DNA of 64,000 bases. Origin: a virus (lineage: Duplodnaviria; Caudoviricetes). Positions 35,072-44,637 of the stretch are shown one piece after another (position 1 is the first letter of the stretch; each line of letters starts with the position of its first letter). A program made the position numbers and the translations under genes. The stretch is from positions 1 to 64,000 of IMG/VR virus record IMGVR_UViG_3300029288_000150; one strand, given 5' to 3'. Under the pieces are notes generated by a model. It was not told where the DNA came from. It was given only the letters and a program-made list of their open reading frames with translations, and searched no databases.

Positions 35072-36217
35072 GTGGACGACATCCTGCCCGGAACCCCCAT
35101 CCCGCCCCTGGACCTGGCGGCGCAATACCGCCAGTGCCGGGAGGCCGTCGACGCCGCCGCCCTGCGGGTGCTCGCCTCGGGGCGGTACGTCCTGGGCGAC
35201 GAGGTCAAGGCCCTGGAGGCGGAGGTGGCCCACATCTGCGGCACGGCCGATGCCCTGGGGGTCGCCTCGGGCACCGACGCCCTGCTGCTGGCGCTGCTGG
35301 CGGCGGGCGTTGGGCCGGGGGACGAGGTCATCACCTCCGCCTTTTCCTTTATCGCCACGGCGGCGGCCATCTCGCGCACGGGCGCCCGGCCGGTCTTTGC
35401 CGACATCGAGCCCGAGACGTTCAACCTGGACCCGGCGGCCGTCGAGGCGGCGGTCACGCCCCGGACGCGGGCCATCGTGCCCGTCCACGTCTTCGGGCAA
35501 ATGGCGGACGTGTCCTGGCTGGGCGACGTGGCCCGCGATCACGGCCTGCTCATCGTCGAGGATGCCTGCCAGGCCCTGGGGGCCACCTGGGGCGGGCGGG
35601 CGCCGGGGGCCACGAGCGCGGCGGCCTGTTTCTCGTTCTACCCCACCAAGAACCTGGGTGCGGCGGGGGACGGGGGGATGGTCGTCACCAACGACCCGGA
35701 CCTGGCCGACCGGGTGGACGTCCTCCGCCGCCAGGGCTGCCGGCAAAAGTACCACGCCGAGGCCCTGGGGTTCAATAGCCGGCTGGACGAGCTGCAGGCG
35801 GCCATCTTGCGGGCCAAGCTGCCCTGGCTGGCCGACTGGACCCTGCGGCGGCGGTGGCTGGCGGCCATCTACCGCCGGGGGCTCTCGGGCCTGCGGGCGG
35901 TCGAGGCCCCGGCGGAGACCCTCGGGGCCGTCCACGTCTACCACCAATTCACCGTCCGGGTCACCGGGGAGGGCCGGCGCGACGGGCTCCTGGCCCACCT
36001 CCAGGCCCAGGGCATCGGGGCGGGGGTCTACTACCCGGAGCCCATCCACCGGCAGGCGCTGTACTCCCGAGAGTACGCCGGCGTCCACCTGCCCGAGACG
36101 GAGCGGGCCTGCCGGGAGGTGCTGTCCCTGCCCATGTATCCCGAGCTGGCCGAGCGCCAGGTGCGGGCCGTGTGCCGCGAGGTGCGGGCGTACCTGGAGG
36201 GGGCGGGCGATGGGTGA
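35072..36217 (+). CDS. DegT/DnrJ/EryC1/StrS PLP aminotransferase (WbpE/WlbC-like)
   Basis: SGTDAL, EDACQA, FSFYPTKNLGAAGDGG, FNSRLDELQAA, VYHQF. Confidence 0.95.
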   Translation: MDDILPGTPIPPLDLAAQYRQCREAVDAAALRVLASGRYVLGDEVKALEAEVAHICGTADALGVASGTDALLLALLAAGVGPGDEVITSAFSFIATAAAISRTGARPVFADIEPETFNLDPAAVEAAVTPRTRAIVPVHVFGQMADVSWLGDVARDHGLLIVEDACQALGATWGGRAPGATSAAACFSFYPTKNLGAAGDGGMVVTNDPDLADRVDVLRRQGCRQKYHAEALGFNSRLDELQAAILRAKLPWLADWTLRRRWLAAIYRRGLSGLRAVEAPAETLGAVHVYHQFTVRVTGEGRRDGLLAHLQAQGIGAGVYYPEPIHRQALYSREYAGVHLPETERACREVLSLPMYPELAERQVRAVCREVRAYLEGAGDG

Positions 36218-36488
36218 GGAACTAGACCCGATCATGGCAGCCTTCCTAAAGTCTATGCAGAGGTCGAGCGACTATATCCTGGGCAGCCTGGGGATCAGGG
36301 TAGACCTGGGAGAGATTTCAGAGTACAAGCGTTATGCCCGGCTGCGCGACCGCCTGGGGCGCATGACTCGCTTTCGGCGCTGGTTATCCTGGCAGCTGCG
36401 GGATGAACTCCTTTACAGGGAAGCGATGGCCCATCAAGCGGTCTTTCATGCAATCCTGGAGAAGGGGCAGGAGGTACTCCATGCCTGA
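36210..36488 (+). CDS. Hypothetical protein
   Basis: GGAGG RBS; overlaps both neighbours; lower GC. Confidence 0.5.
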   Translation: MGEELDPIMAAFLKSMQRSSDYILGSLGIRVDLGEISEYKRYARLRDRLGRMTRFRRWLSWQLRDELLYREAMAHQAVFHAILEKGQEVLHA

Positions 36489-37635
36489 CAAGTTAACCGT
36501 CGTCGTCACCGCCGCCGGCTGCCCGGGCGGCCCGTCCGTAGTGCGGGCCCTGCGAGAGGGCTTCCGCGTGGTCGCCACCGACCGCGACCCGGAAGCCTCG
36601 GGCCGGTTCTTTGCCGACGCCTTCCACGTCGTGCCCGGGGGCAACGAGCCCGGGTTCGTGGAGGCCCTCTTGGACGTGTGCGCCCGGGAGGGGGCTGCGG
36701 CCCTGGTGCCGGAGTCCAGCGGCGAGGTGCTGGCTGTGGGGGAGCGGCGGGCGGACTTTGAGGCCCAGGGCGTCAAGGCGCTGGTGAGCGAGCCCGGGGC
36801 CGTGGCCGTGGCACTGGACAAGGCCAGGACCTACCAGGCCCTGGAGGGGGCGGGAGTGCCCCTGCCCCGGTGGAAACTCGTCGGGTCGGAGTACCCGCCG
36901 CGCTCTGATGACCTTTACCGCATCATGGAGGCCGCCCACGGGTTGGGTTTCCCCCGCGAGCCCGTGGTCCTGAAACGCCCGACGGGCAAGGGCGGGCGGG
37001 GCTTCTGGATTGTAGAGCCCTGGGGTTACTCCGGGCCGCGCATAGGCCAGGACTTGCGGACCTGGCCCAACGCCCAGCGGGTGAGAATGGACGAGGTGGC
37101 CGCCTGGGCCAACTATCGCCTGAGCCGGGACCAGGGCCTGGGGCGCTGGCTGGTCATGGAGTACCTGGAAAACGACCCCGCCCGCCCCGACACGGCCGAC
37201 CTGTATGGGACGGCCTTTGGCTACACCAAGATCCGGGGGGACTGCCGGAACGGCGTCCACTTCCGGCACGAGGCCCGCTTCGATCCCGAGCTCTTGGGCA
37301 TGGCCCGCCGGGCCGTGGAGCGCCTCGGCCTGGAGCACTTTGTCAACGTCCAATTCATGGGCGGCAAGCTCCTGGAGGTCAACCCCAGGATTAGCACCCA
37401 GATCCTGGCCCCGGGCTACAACATGCCCCTGGCGGGGGTACAGCTCGCCCTGGGGCTGGTGGACCAGGTGACGGCCACCCTGCCCGACGGGACGCGGGCG
37501 GGGTACTATCTCGACCTGCGGAGCTACACGCCGGCCGGCCCAGTTGCGGGCGGTTGCGGCGGGTGCGGTTGTGGCGGCGGCGCGGCGTGCGACCGCCGGC
37601 ATTGTGCCCCCGGCCCGGGCGGGGCGGGGGCCTGA
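36481..37635 (+). CDS. ATP-grasp ligase
   Basis: LDKARTY, VLKRPTGKGGRGF, VMEYL, NVQF, LEVNPRIS. Confidence 0.88.
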   Translation: MPDKLTVVVTAAGCPGGPSVVRALREGFRVVATDRDPEASGRFFADAFHVVPGGNEPGFVEALLDVCAREGAAALVPESSGEVLAVGERRADFEAQGVKALVSEPGAVAVALDKARTYQALEGAGVPLPRWKLVGSEYPPRSDDLYRIMEAAHGLGFPREPVVLKRPTGKGGRGFWIVEPWGYSGPRIGQDLRTWPNAQRVRMDEVAAWANYRLSRDQGLGRWLVMEYLENDPARPDTADLYGTAFGYTKIRGDCRNGVHFRHEARFDPELLGMARRAVERLGLEHFVNVQFMGGKLLEVNPRISTQILAPGYNMPLAGVQLALGLVDQVTATLPDGTRAGYYLDLRSYTPAGPVAGGCGGCGCGGGAACDRRHCAPGPGGAGA

Positions 37636-37650
37636 AAGGAAGGGCAAACG

Positions 37651-38286
37651 ATGGACGAGAGCGAGATGGACTTTGTCAAGGACGTGCGCCGGGCGCTGCG
37701 GGCCGACGAACCGCCCGCCCTGGACCTGCCCCTGGGGGAGGAGTACCCCGGCTGCGTGGTGGCCCCCGACTTCCGGCACGGGGCCAACTTCAAAATCGGG
37801 CGCTTCTGCGTTATCGAGGAGGGCTGTATCGTCGGGGATGACGTGACCATGGGGCATTACGTCCTGCTCAAAAAGGGAACCGTGATCGGGGATCGGGTCT
37901 TTGTCGATTCCTACGTAAAGAGCAGCGGCCAGAACCGGATCGGGGACGACGTCACGCTCCGGTTTAACGCCACGATCGCCCGCGAGGTGACCGTCGAGGA
38001 CGGGGCCTTTATCAGCCCCAACGTCATGACCGTCTACTCGACCCACCAGGGCGAGAAGCGGGGCGGGACGGTGATCGGCGCCGGCTGCCACGTCGGCACC
38101 AACGCCGTGCTGGGGCCCAACGTCCACCTGGCGCCGGGCACCGTGATCGGGGCGCTGGCCTACGTGAACAGGAATATCGACGAGCCGGGCATCTACGGCG
38201 GCATCCCCGCCCGCCTGCTCAAACCCGGCCTGCACGCCGCCACGCCCGAGGCCAGGGCGACCTACATCCAGGACTACAAGAAATGA
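37651..38286 (+). CDS. Hexapeptide-repeat (LbH) acyltransferase
   Basis: Repeated IG/VG hexapeptides, YGGIPARLL. Confidence 0.9.
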   Translation: MDESEMDFVKDVRRALRADEPPALDLPLGEEYPGCVVAPDFRHGANFKIGRFCVIEEGCIVGDDVTMGHYVLLKKGTVIGDRVFVDSYVKSSGQNRIGDDVTLRFNATIAREVTVEDGAFISPNVMTVYSTHQGEKRGGTVIGAGCHVGTNAVLGPNVHLAPGTVIGALAYVNRNIDEPGIYGGIPARLLKPGLHAATPEARATYIQDYKK

Positions 38287-38921
38287 GCGAGCCGGTGGCC
38301 TGTGTCCTCGAGGCCCGCGCCGTCTTGCGCTGGGCCCTGCAGCAATACCCCGAGCCGGGCCGCGTGGCCATGACCTCGGCCTTCGGCCTGTCGGGCTGTG
38401 CCCTGATCCACCTGGTCTACGGGGAGCTGGGCTGGGAGGTGCCGGTCCTGTTCGTGAACACCGGGCACCTGTTCCCCGAGACCCTGGAGACGCGGGACCG
38501 GCTCCGGGAGCGGTACGGGCTGGACCTGGTCGAAATCGAGGCCAGGGGAAAGATGCCCCCGCCCGGCCATGCCCAGTGCTGCCAGAAACGCAAGGTCGAG
38601 CCCATGCGGGCGCTCCTGGAAAAGGTGGCCCCCGCGGCGCTCCTGTCGGCCCGGGGGCGATTCCAGGCCGTCACCCGCCTTGACCTGCAACTCGTCGAGT
38701 GGGAGCGGCGGCCCCTGCGCGTCAACCCCCTGGCCAACTGGGCCCAGGGGGACGTCGAGGCTTACGTCCGGGACAACGGCGTGCCCTACAACCCCCTGTA
38801 CGACGAGGGGTATTTTTCCATCGGCTGCCGGCCCTGCACGCGGGCGGTCAAGGCCGGCGAGGACGTGCGGGCCGGGCGCTGGGACGGCCTGGGCAGGGTC
38901 GAGTGCGGGCTGTGGACGTGA
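38283..38921 (+). CDS. cysH: APS/PAPS reductase (CysH-like)
   Basis: TSAFG, NTGHLFPETL, CC...SIGCRPCT, RAGRW, ECGLW. Confidence 0.9.
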   Translation: MSEPVACVLEARAVLRWALQQYPEPGRVAMTSAFGLSGCALIHLVYGELGWEVPVLFVNTGHLFPETLETRDRLRERYGLDLVEIEARGKMPPPGHAQCCQKRKVEPMRALLEKVAPAALLSARGRFQAVTRLDLQLVEWERRPLRVNPLANWAQGDVEAYVRDNGVPYNPLYDEGYFSIGCRPCTRAVKAGEDVRAGRWDGLGRVECGLWT

Positions 38922-38924
38922 GCC

Positions 38925-39674
38925 ATGCTCGCGCATGAGTGGGTCAAGGTCCACCCCGGGCTGGAGGGCACCTGGGACGTGGTCCTGCGGCTGGGGCCGG
39001 GTGACGGCCTGCTCCTGGCCGGGGGCCTGGCGGAGCGGGCCTGGGCCGTGGCGTTTGCCGAGAAGGTGCGCGGGGCGCTCCGGGCGTACGCCGGGGACGC
39101 CATCCGCGCCGGGGAGAGCGAGCCCGCCCGGCTCACGGACAACCTGTACCTGGCGGCCGGGCGGCGGGCCTTTCGGCCGAACAATGCCCGCCTGCGGGCC
39201 ATGGCCGGCCTGTGCGCCGGGCCCCGGGTGCTGGACGTGGGCTGCGGGGCGGGGGATCTGCTCCTGATGCTCCGCGAGGGGGACCGGCACCTCCACCTGG
39301 CCGGCACGGAGATCAGCCGGGTCGCGGCGGGCATGGCGCTGGGCCGGGTGCGGGCGGTCCACGTCCACCTGACCGACGGCATCCCGCCCGGGCCGTGGAA
39401 CACGATCGTCATGGGCCAGCTCCTGGAGCACCTGGCCGACGACGAGGCCATGGTCGACGCGGCGGCGGGGGAGCTGGTCCCCGGCGGCCGGCTGGTGGTC
39501 TCCGTGCCCAACGGCCCGGCCGTCCAGAGCCCGGACCACGTCCGGGAGTACACGCCCCGGACGCTGCGGGCCCTGTTGCGGCGCGTGGGCCGGGTGCGGC
39601 CCCGGCACTGGGGCGGGGAGGAAACCAGGCTCATCATGTGGGCGGAGAAGGACGGGCGGGCCGAGGGGGGATGA
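38925..39674 (+). CDS. Class I SAM-dependent methyltransferase
   Basis: VLDVGCGAG, QLLEHL, LVPGGRLVVSVPN. Confidence 0.9.
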   Translation: MLAHEWVKVHPGLEGTWDVVLRLGPGDGLLLAGGLAERAWAVAFAEKVRGALRAYAGDAIRAGESEPARLTDNLYLAAGRRAFRPNNARLRAMAGLCAGPRVLDVGCGAGDLLLMLREGDRHLHLAGTEISRVAAGMALGRVRAVHVHLTDGIPPGPWNTIVMGQLLEHLADDEAMVDAAAGELVPGGRLVVSVPNGPAVQSPDHVREYTPRTLRALLRRVGRVRPRHWGGEETRLIMWAEKDGRAEGG

Positions 39675-40414
39675 TGCGGGCAAAGCGCACGGGTGCGGAA
39701 TGGGAGGAGGTTTGCCGGGCGGGCGTCTGGACCGGCTATCAGCCCGGCGGCAAGGCGGGCCGCCGCTACCTGTACCGGCGGGGGGTCGCCATCGTGCGCG
39801 ACAGGCTCAAGCCGTGGGCGATCTGGCGGCCGGGCGACGCGGTGCTGGACCTGGGTTGCGGCAACGGGCAGGTGGCCATGGGCCTGCTGGACGAGGGCCT
39901 GGGGGGCTATTGGGGCCTCGACGTGTGCGCCGGGGCCATCGCGTTCTGCCGGGCGGCCTTTGCGCCGTGGCCCGAGTTCCGGTTCCGCCACCTGGACGTG
40001 CGGAATGCCCGTTATGCGCCGCAGGGTGCGATGGAGCCGGCGGCGATGCGCCTGCCCTTCGAGGCGGGCACCTTCGACGCGGCGCTGTGCAAGAGTTTGT
40101 TCAGCCACCTGGAGACCGAGGCCGTGGCCCGGCGATATGTCGGCGAGCTGGCGCGGGTGATCCGGCCGGGGGGCAGGCTCTACTCGACGTGGTTTGTATC
40201 ACCGCCGAACGAGGTGACGGCGAGCCCGGCCCGCACGGTCTACCGCCGGGCGTTCGTGGAGGAGTTGCTCGCCGGGGCCGGCTTTCGCGCGATCGCCTCC
40301 GGGGGCGGGTACACCACGGGCAAGAACGACCAGTGGGCATTATTGGCAGAGAGGGCAGGGGCGGCGGAGCCTGGAGGGGAACGTGGGCTGGAAGTGGAAC
40401 CAGACAGCGCATAG
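39671..40414 (+). CDS. Class I SAM-dependent methyltransferase
   Basis: VLDLGCGNG, LPFEAGTFD, SLFSHL, RVIRPGG. Confidence 0.9.
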   Translation: MMRAKRTGAEWEEVCRAGVWTGYQPGGKAGRRYLYRRGVAIVRDRLKPWAIWRPGDAVLDLGCGNGQVAMGLLDEGLGGYWGLDVCAGAIAFCRAAFAPWPEFRFRHLDVRNARYAPQGAMEPAAMRLPFEAGTFDAALCKSLFSHLETEAVARRYVGELARVIRPGGRLYSTWFVSPPNEVTASPARTVYRRAFVEELLAGAGFRAIASGGGYTTGKNDQWALLAERAGAAEPGGERGLEVEPDSA

Positions 40415-41021
40415 ATACTACAACACCGACACGGGCCGGTTTCTGACCCACGCGCGGGCCCTGGAGTTCATCGAGCAGGGCCTGGCGGCCTCGGGCTCCG
40501 TGGTGGACAACCTGGCGGCCTACGTGGCCGACGGGCTGCTGGCGCCGGGGGACTGGTATACCCTCATGGCCCGGGAGGTCAAAGGCGAGTACATCCGCCA
40601 GTACCTGGCGGGGATCGGCGGCCGGGCGCAGATGACCCAGGCAGACTGGGGCTCTATCGGCGGGATGCTCAAGGAGCAATACGGGCACCTCCAGGGCTTC
40701 ATGGAGGAGATCGCCCAGGGCAAGCTGTCCGAGGCCCAGATCCGGGCGCGGGCCCGGATGTATACCAACTCCGCCCGTGAGGCTTACGAGCGGGCACACG
40801 CCAAGGTGGCCGGGCAGGCGGGCAACGACCAGGAGATTTGGGTCCTGTCGGCCGCCGAGCATTGCGAGGACTGCCTGGCCTTCGCCGCGGAGAACTGGCA
40901 ACCCCTGGGCCATTTCCCCATGCCGGGGGCGGGCCATACGAAATGCCTGACCAACTGCGGGTGTCACCTCGAGTACCGCAAATCAGAGACTGGCGAGGTC
41001 TGGGGGGAGGAGGTGGCCTAG
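40383..41021 (+). CDS. Head morphogenesis (Mu gpF-like) minor capsid protein
   Basis: C-terminal HCEDC...PG...CLTNCGCHL; GRF motif at N-terminus. Confidence 0.75.
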   Translation: MGWKWNQTAHRYYNTDTGRFLTHARALEFIEQGLAASGSVVDNLAAYVADGLLAPGDWYTLMAREVKGEYIRQYLAGIGGRAQMTQADWGSIGGMLKEQYGHLQGFMEEIAQGKLSEAQIRARARMYTNSAREAYERAHAKVAGQAGNDQEIWVLSAAEHCEDCLAFAAENWQPLGHFPMPGAGHTKCLTNCGCHLEYRKSETGEVWGEEVA

Positions 41022-41309
41022 ATGCCTGCCGCCATGGCCGATGGTTCGGGTCCCGGGGAGCCGCCCCGCCCCCAGCCCCAGGAGACCCGCCGCACCTACC
41101 GCCCGACGGTCACGCCCGCGGGCGAGGTGCTGGTCGCCGGCTGCTCCCTGGGCACCGTGGAACGCGGCCCCGACGGGCAGCCGGTCCTGGTGCTGCGCGA
41201 CCGCTGCCGGCCCCGCTCCCAGGCCCGCGGCACCGACCGGCCGGCGGTCTGCATCGAGGACCTGGCGGCGGCGGTGCGGGGGGCCGTGGGGGACAAGGGC
41301 GAGGGGTAG
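41022..41309 (+). CDS. Hypothetical protein
   Basis: ORF directly after gpF-like gene. Confidence 0.45.
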   Translation: MPAAMADGSGPGEPPRPQPQETRRTYRPTVTPAGEVLVAGCSLGTVERGPDGQPVLVLRDRCRPRSQARGTDRPAVCIEDLAAAVRGAVGDKGEG

Positions 41310-41319
41310 GGACTTGTCA

Positions 41320-42138
41320 TCATTTGCCGAAACTTGGTTCCCAATCTGGCCCGCCGTAGCGTTTGCGATCCCGCAGGGCACCGTCACGAACCCTATCCAA
41401 AGCTTCGGTTATTGAGTCAACATTGCCAAACGAGACCGAGAAGATCGCGTCGTCTTCACAGTCATAATCGTTCTCGCCCTTGCCTGGTACGGGGATTGGC
41501 ACTGGTAGGTCAACCGTGGTTGTGTTCTGCACGCGCCGAAACCAACGCGAACGCTTGTACACCGACCTCTTGACTTTGTAAGTCGCCCGATAGATGTTCT
41601 CTGGCATCATTACATCGCCGGTTCCCTCGTCAACCGTCTCGATGCTAATTCGCTTCTCTCTGCCAAGCAGCAGGTCAGGTAGGTTAATGTTGAATTCCCA
41701 CCACCACGGATCATTGCGGCTTGACTCGTTTGGGTTCTCCCACAAGCTGAACCAGAGCGTGGCATTGAAAATGCGTACGCCGATTTGCCGCTCAACCGGC
41801 ATCCTGAACCAACGCCCGTCACGACTGGATTGAACCATCTTCCCCGGCATCCACCTGTCGAACCAGGGAAAGTCAAAGGTCAACCAGTGGGTAAATAGGT
41901 GCCACAGGCCAAGGCTAAACGTAAGCTCTCGCCCGGTATCGCCTCCAGCAAGTTTAACCGTTGCCCTAGTAAACCGGGCCTCTTTGCCGTGTGCCCACTC
42001 CAGGCGAATGGTCCAGTGTTCACCGTGTAGCCATGCCCGACCATGCCAGAACATGGCCCGCTTAGGCTTGTCGCCCCAGGAGTCGGTCAAGTTTTGCGAG
42101 CTGATCCAAACCGTATCAGTAATGTGTTTCATCCCCAA
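41320..42138 (-). CDS. Hypothetical Trp-rich protein (counter-oriented accessory operon)
   Basis: 272-aa ORF, low GC, opposite strand. Confidence 0.7.
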   Translation of the reverse strand: MGMKHITDTVWISSQNLTDSWGDKPKRAMFWHGRAWLHGEHWTIRLEWAHGKEARFTRATVKLAGGDTGRELTFSLGLWHLFTHWLTFDFPWFDRWMPGKMVQSSRDGRWFRMPVERQIGVRIFNATLWFSLWENPNESSRNDPWWWEFNINLPDLLLGREKRISIETVDEGTGDVMMPENIYRATYKVKRSVYKRSRWFRRVQNTTTVDLPVPIPVPGKGENDYDCEDDAIFSVSFGNVDSITEALDRVRDGALRDRKRYGGPDWEPSFGK

Positions 42139-42165
42139 TCCCTTTCAGCAATCCGTTGCTTTCGT

Positions 42166-42537
42166 CTATTCCATCGCCCGGATGTCAGCGCCGCACGACC
42201 ACGCCTCAGCGGCCTTGGCGTCGTGGAGGGCCACCGGATAGGACGCCGGTTTCGTCGCCACCTCTTCCCACATTGCGGCTCGCTTCTCGCAAACCAGGGC
42301 GCACCGCTCGCGCACAGCTACCGTTGCCTGCTCCAACTTGGCCTCTGCCGCTTCGGCGCGGGCAAGAGCGGTAGTATAGGCTGCAATGATTTGCGCCATC
42401 TCAGCCTCGACTTGAGCGAGAGCCTCACGTGCCCGGGGCTCTGATTCCGCGTAGCGTTCGGACAGGTAGAGCAGAGTCGGCACGGTTCTGTTGGCGAGAT
42501 TGTTGAGATGCTCCGTGAACTCCTGAACTGTAGTCAT
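42166..42537 (-). CDS. Hypothetical coiled-coil protein
   Basis: GGGGG RBS-like before MTTVQEF. Confidence 0.6.
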   Translation of the reverse strand: MTTVQEFTEHLNNLANRTVPTLLYLSERYAESEPRAREALAQVEAEMAQIIAAYTTALARAEAAEAKLEQATVAVRERCALVCEKRAAMWEEVATKPASYPVALHDAKAAEAWSCGADIRAME

Positions 42538-42538
42538 G

Positions 42539-42847
42539 TTATCCCCCTGCCTCCAACTGCTCCCGCAGCCGCTCGACCTCAGCCTCTGCCGCGCCAATTT
42601 CGCAATCGTTGGCGTGCGTCTCAGGGTCGCCACACACCGGGCAGATGCATTTCTCGCGCCGCTCGTTGAGACGCTGGTCTAACATCTGGTCGATGTTGTC
42701 CGACTGCCCGTCGGGGTCGCCGTGAGCCAGCGCGTGCAACTCGTCAACCTCTGCGACCGACAGGTAAAAAACCGGGGCGCGGTCGGTGGTCCCGTATGTG
42801 ATTCGGACCCAGTCGTCGTCCAGTGTCGCAGATAAGAACTTTGCCAT
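42539..42847 (-). CDS. Hypothetical protein with Cys/His cluster
   Basis: CICPVCG...HANDC; GGAG RBS. Confidence 0.6.
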   Translation of the reverse strand: MAKFLSATLDDDWVRITYGTTDRAPVFYLSVAEVDELHALAHGDPDGQSDNIDQMLDQRLNERREKCICPVCGDPETHANDCEIGAAEAEVERLREQLEAGG

Positions 42848-42884
42848 TTCTGAAACTCCCTTCTTGGAAATCGTTGCTTTACCG

Positions 42885-43055
42885 CTACTTGGCGGTGTCT
42901 GGTGCAAGCCGCTTGGCATTCTCCAGAAACAACATGATGTCGTTCAGATGGCCGATGTAACCCATTTGCTTGCCCCTCGGCAATGCCTGGAACATTTCCT
43001 CAACTGCTTCAATCGTGCGCTGTGCTTCCGCTTTGGTGAACTCTCCCTGTGCCAT
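42885..43055 (-). CDS. 56-aa hypothetical protein
   Basis: Hand translation MAQGEFTKAEAQRTIEAVEEMF...; AAGGA RBS; first gene after minus promoter. Confidence 0.55.
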   Translation of the reverse strand: MAQGEFTKAEAQRTIEAVEEMFQALPRGKQMGYIGHLNDIMLFLENAKRLAPDTAK

Positions 43056-43108
43056 TTCAAATCCTTTCCGCCGCTCGGATTGCGGCTTTCCGTTGTTAGA
43101 CCTGCCCC

Positions 43109-43170
43109 ATTATACCGCATCTTTGGACAATTGTCAATAGCAAACTTGCCAACCGTGGACAATTGGCAAC
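43109..43170 (-). promoter_or_regulatory. Sigma70 promoter with two operator copies
   Basis: Minus TTGACA (43137-43132)-17-TATAAT (43114-43109); operators at 43123 and 43155. Confidence 0.85.
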
Positions 43171-43205
43171 CGGGCGGCCGGTTTCTCGACTCGCCCGACA
43201 AAACC

Positions 43206-44621
43206 TGTTAGGAAAAGTTGAAAAGTGAACCGTTCGCGACGCGTTTAAAGTTCAAAGGTGAACTCGAAATTCGCCCAGCGGGAGGGCCACAGAGTGCACC
43301 ATCTTGCCCTTCCACCAGATGCGGACCTCCATAACCTGCTTGGCCGTATCAGGCACGAGATGGACTTGGACTTCCTCGTAGAGGTCCACCTTCGGAACTT
43401 CGATGGTGTGATTGAATAGCGAGATCCGTCGATACCCGTTGACGGTTCTGGACTCGCGCAGGCAAAAGACATCCTTGGGTGACGTGTAGGGCTTGGGCAA
43501 GGAGAACGGGCGGAAGAGGGTGTTGCCTTCTTTCCTGGCCCTATTGAAGCGGACACTGGGGATCTCTTTGGTGGTGGAGTGGACCTGGTGGTGGTTGTAG
43601 CGGGTTACCTCTTCCTTGAGCACAGCCCGAACCTCCTCCACGGCTGATATCTTTTCTAAAGCGCAGGTTCGAACAATGCGATCTTGCAGCCACTGGTAGG
43701 GTCTCTCGACCTTCCCCTTGGCCTGGGGAGACAGGGCATAGGTCACATCCACGCCCAAGACGCGCATCATCTTGCTCCATTGCGTTTCTACATCATCAGT
43801 TTGCAGAACGTGCTTGCGCCAGACACTGTCTCTCCCTTGAACGAAGCGGAAGACACGCAGGGAGTCTACGTAGTAGCGCAAAGGGATGCCGTAAGCCCGC
43901 ACGAGGGCCTGAACGGCCTGGATATGTGCCCAGGTCGTGTCACTGGGAACAAAGTCTGCAAACAACAGCATTCGGCTGTAGTCGTCGATGGACGTGATCA
44001 GGCTCCACTTCTCTCCAGCGAAGGGAGACCATAGGTGCAGCGAGGAGTCGTGTTGAATCAGAGCGCCGATGGAAGCGGTCAGCACCTCACGGTCGTGTGC
44101 CTTTCGCTTCTTCCGTGGTTTGTAACAATCCAGGCGCTTGGCGCGGTCGATGACGGTGGTCACAGAGACCTCGATGCCCTTCTTCTTGAGACGGTCGCGT
44201 AGGGCTGAGTAGTTGTAGCCGGAGATCGGCAAGCGTTTGTCCTCGACGATCTCCTTCTCGCGCAGCAACTCCCGCTCGATCTGCGCCTCAGCGGCGACCG
44301 ACAATCTATCGGGTGTATGCCTTTCGTAGCCGACGGAGAAAGCTTCAGGGTCTTGCCGGTACTCTTTGAGCAGGGCAAAGAAGCGAGTCTTGCCAATGTC
44401 CAGCATCTCCTGAATCTCGGCTCTTTCCAGTAGGCCCTGGCAGTATCCCTTGAGCAGCACCTTGACCTGGTCATCTGTGAACCGCTTGTGCAGCTGTGTC
44501 ATTTCGTCCCTCCTCATCTCGAGATCGACCTGCTGGGACTCTACCACAATCGGTTCACTTTTCAACTGGAAAGAGTTCACTTTTCAGCCTTAAATGGTTC
44601 ACCTTTCAACTTTCAACCACA
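43206..44621 (-). mobile_element. IS1202-like (IS481-related/ISNCY) insertion sequence with 16-bp target duplication
   Basis: Ends TGT...ACA, imperfect TIR 20/26, subterminal GTTCACTTTTCA-like repeats, flanking DR CTCGCCCGACAAAACC at 43190-43205 and 44622-44637. Confidence 0.85.
43252..44502 (-). CDS. DDE transposase
   Basis: HTH N-terminus, LIQHDSS, IDDYSR, YYVDS, SPQAKGKVER; GAGGAG RBS before MTQLHK. Confidence 0.92.
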   Translation of the reverse strand: MTQLHKRFTDDQVKVLLKGYCQGLLERAEIQEMLDIGKTRFFALLKEYRQDPEAFSVGYERHTPDRLSVAAEAQIERELLREKEIVEDKRLPISGYNYSALRDRLKKKGIEVSVTTVIDRAKRLDCYKPRKKRKAHDREVLTASIGALIQHDSSLHLWSPFAGEKWSLITSIDDYSRMLLFADFVPSDTTWAHIQAVQALVRAYGIPLRYYVDSLRVFRFVQGRDSVWRKHVLQTDDVETQWSKMMRVLGVDVTYALSPQAKGKVERPYQWLQDRIVRTCALEKISAVEEVRAVLKEEVTRYNHHQVHSTTKEIPSVRFNRARKEGNTLFRPFSLPKPYTSPKDVFCLRESRTVNGYRRISLFNHTIEVPKVDLYEEVQVHLVPDTAKQVMEVRIWWKGKMVHSVALPLGEFRVHL

Positions 44622-44637
44622 CTCGCCCGACAAAACC

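Noticed and set aside
32078-40414. Host O-antigen locus or gtrABC serotype-conversion cassette marking a prophage boundary
   Set aside because: Flanked on both sides by coupled phage head genes; no flippase, polymerase, GtrA or bactoprenol transferase
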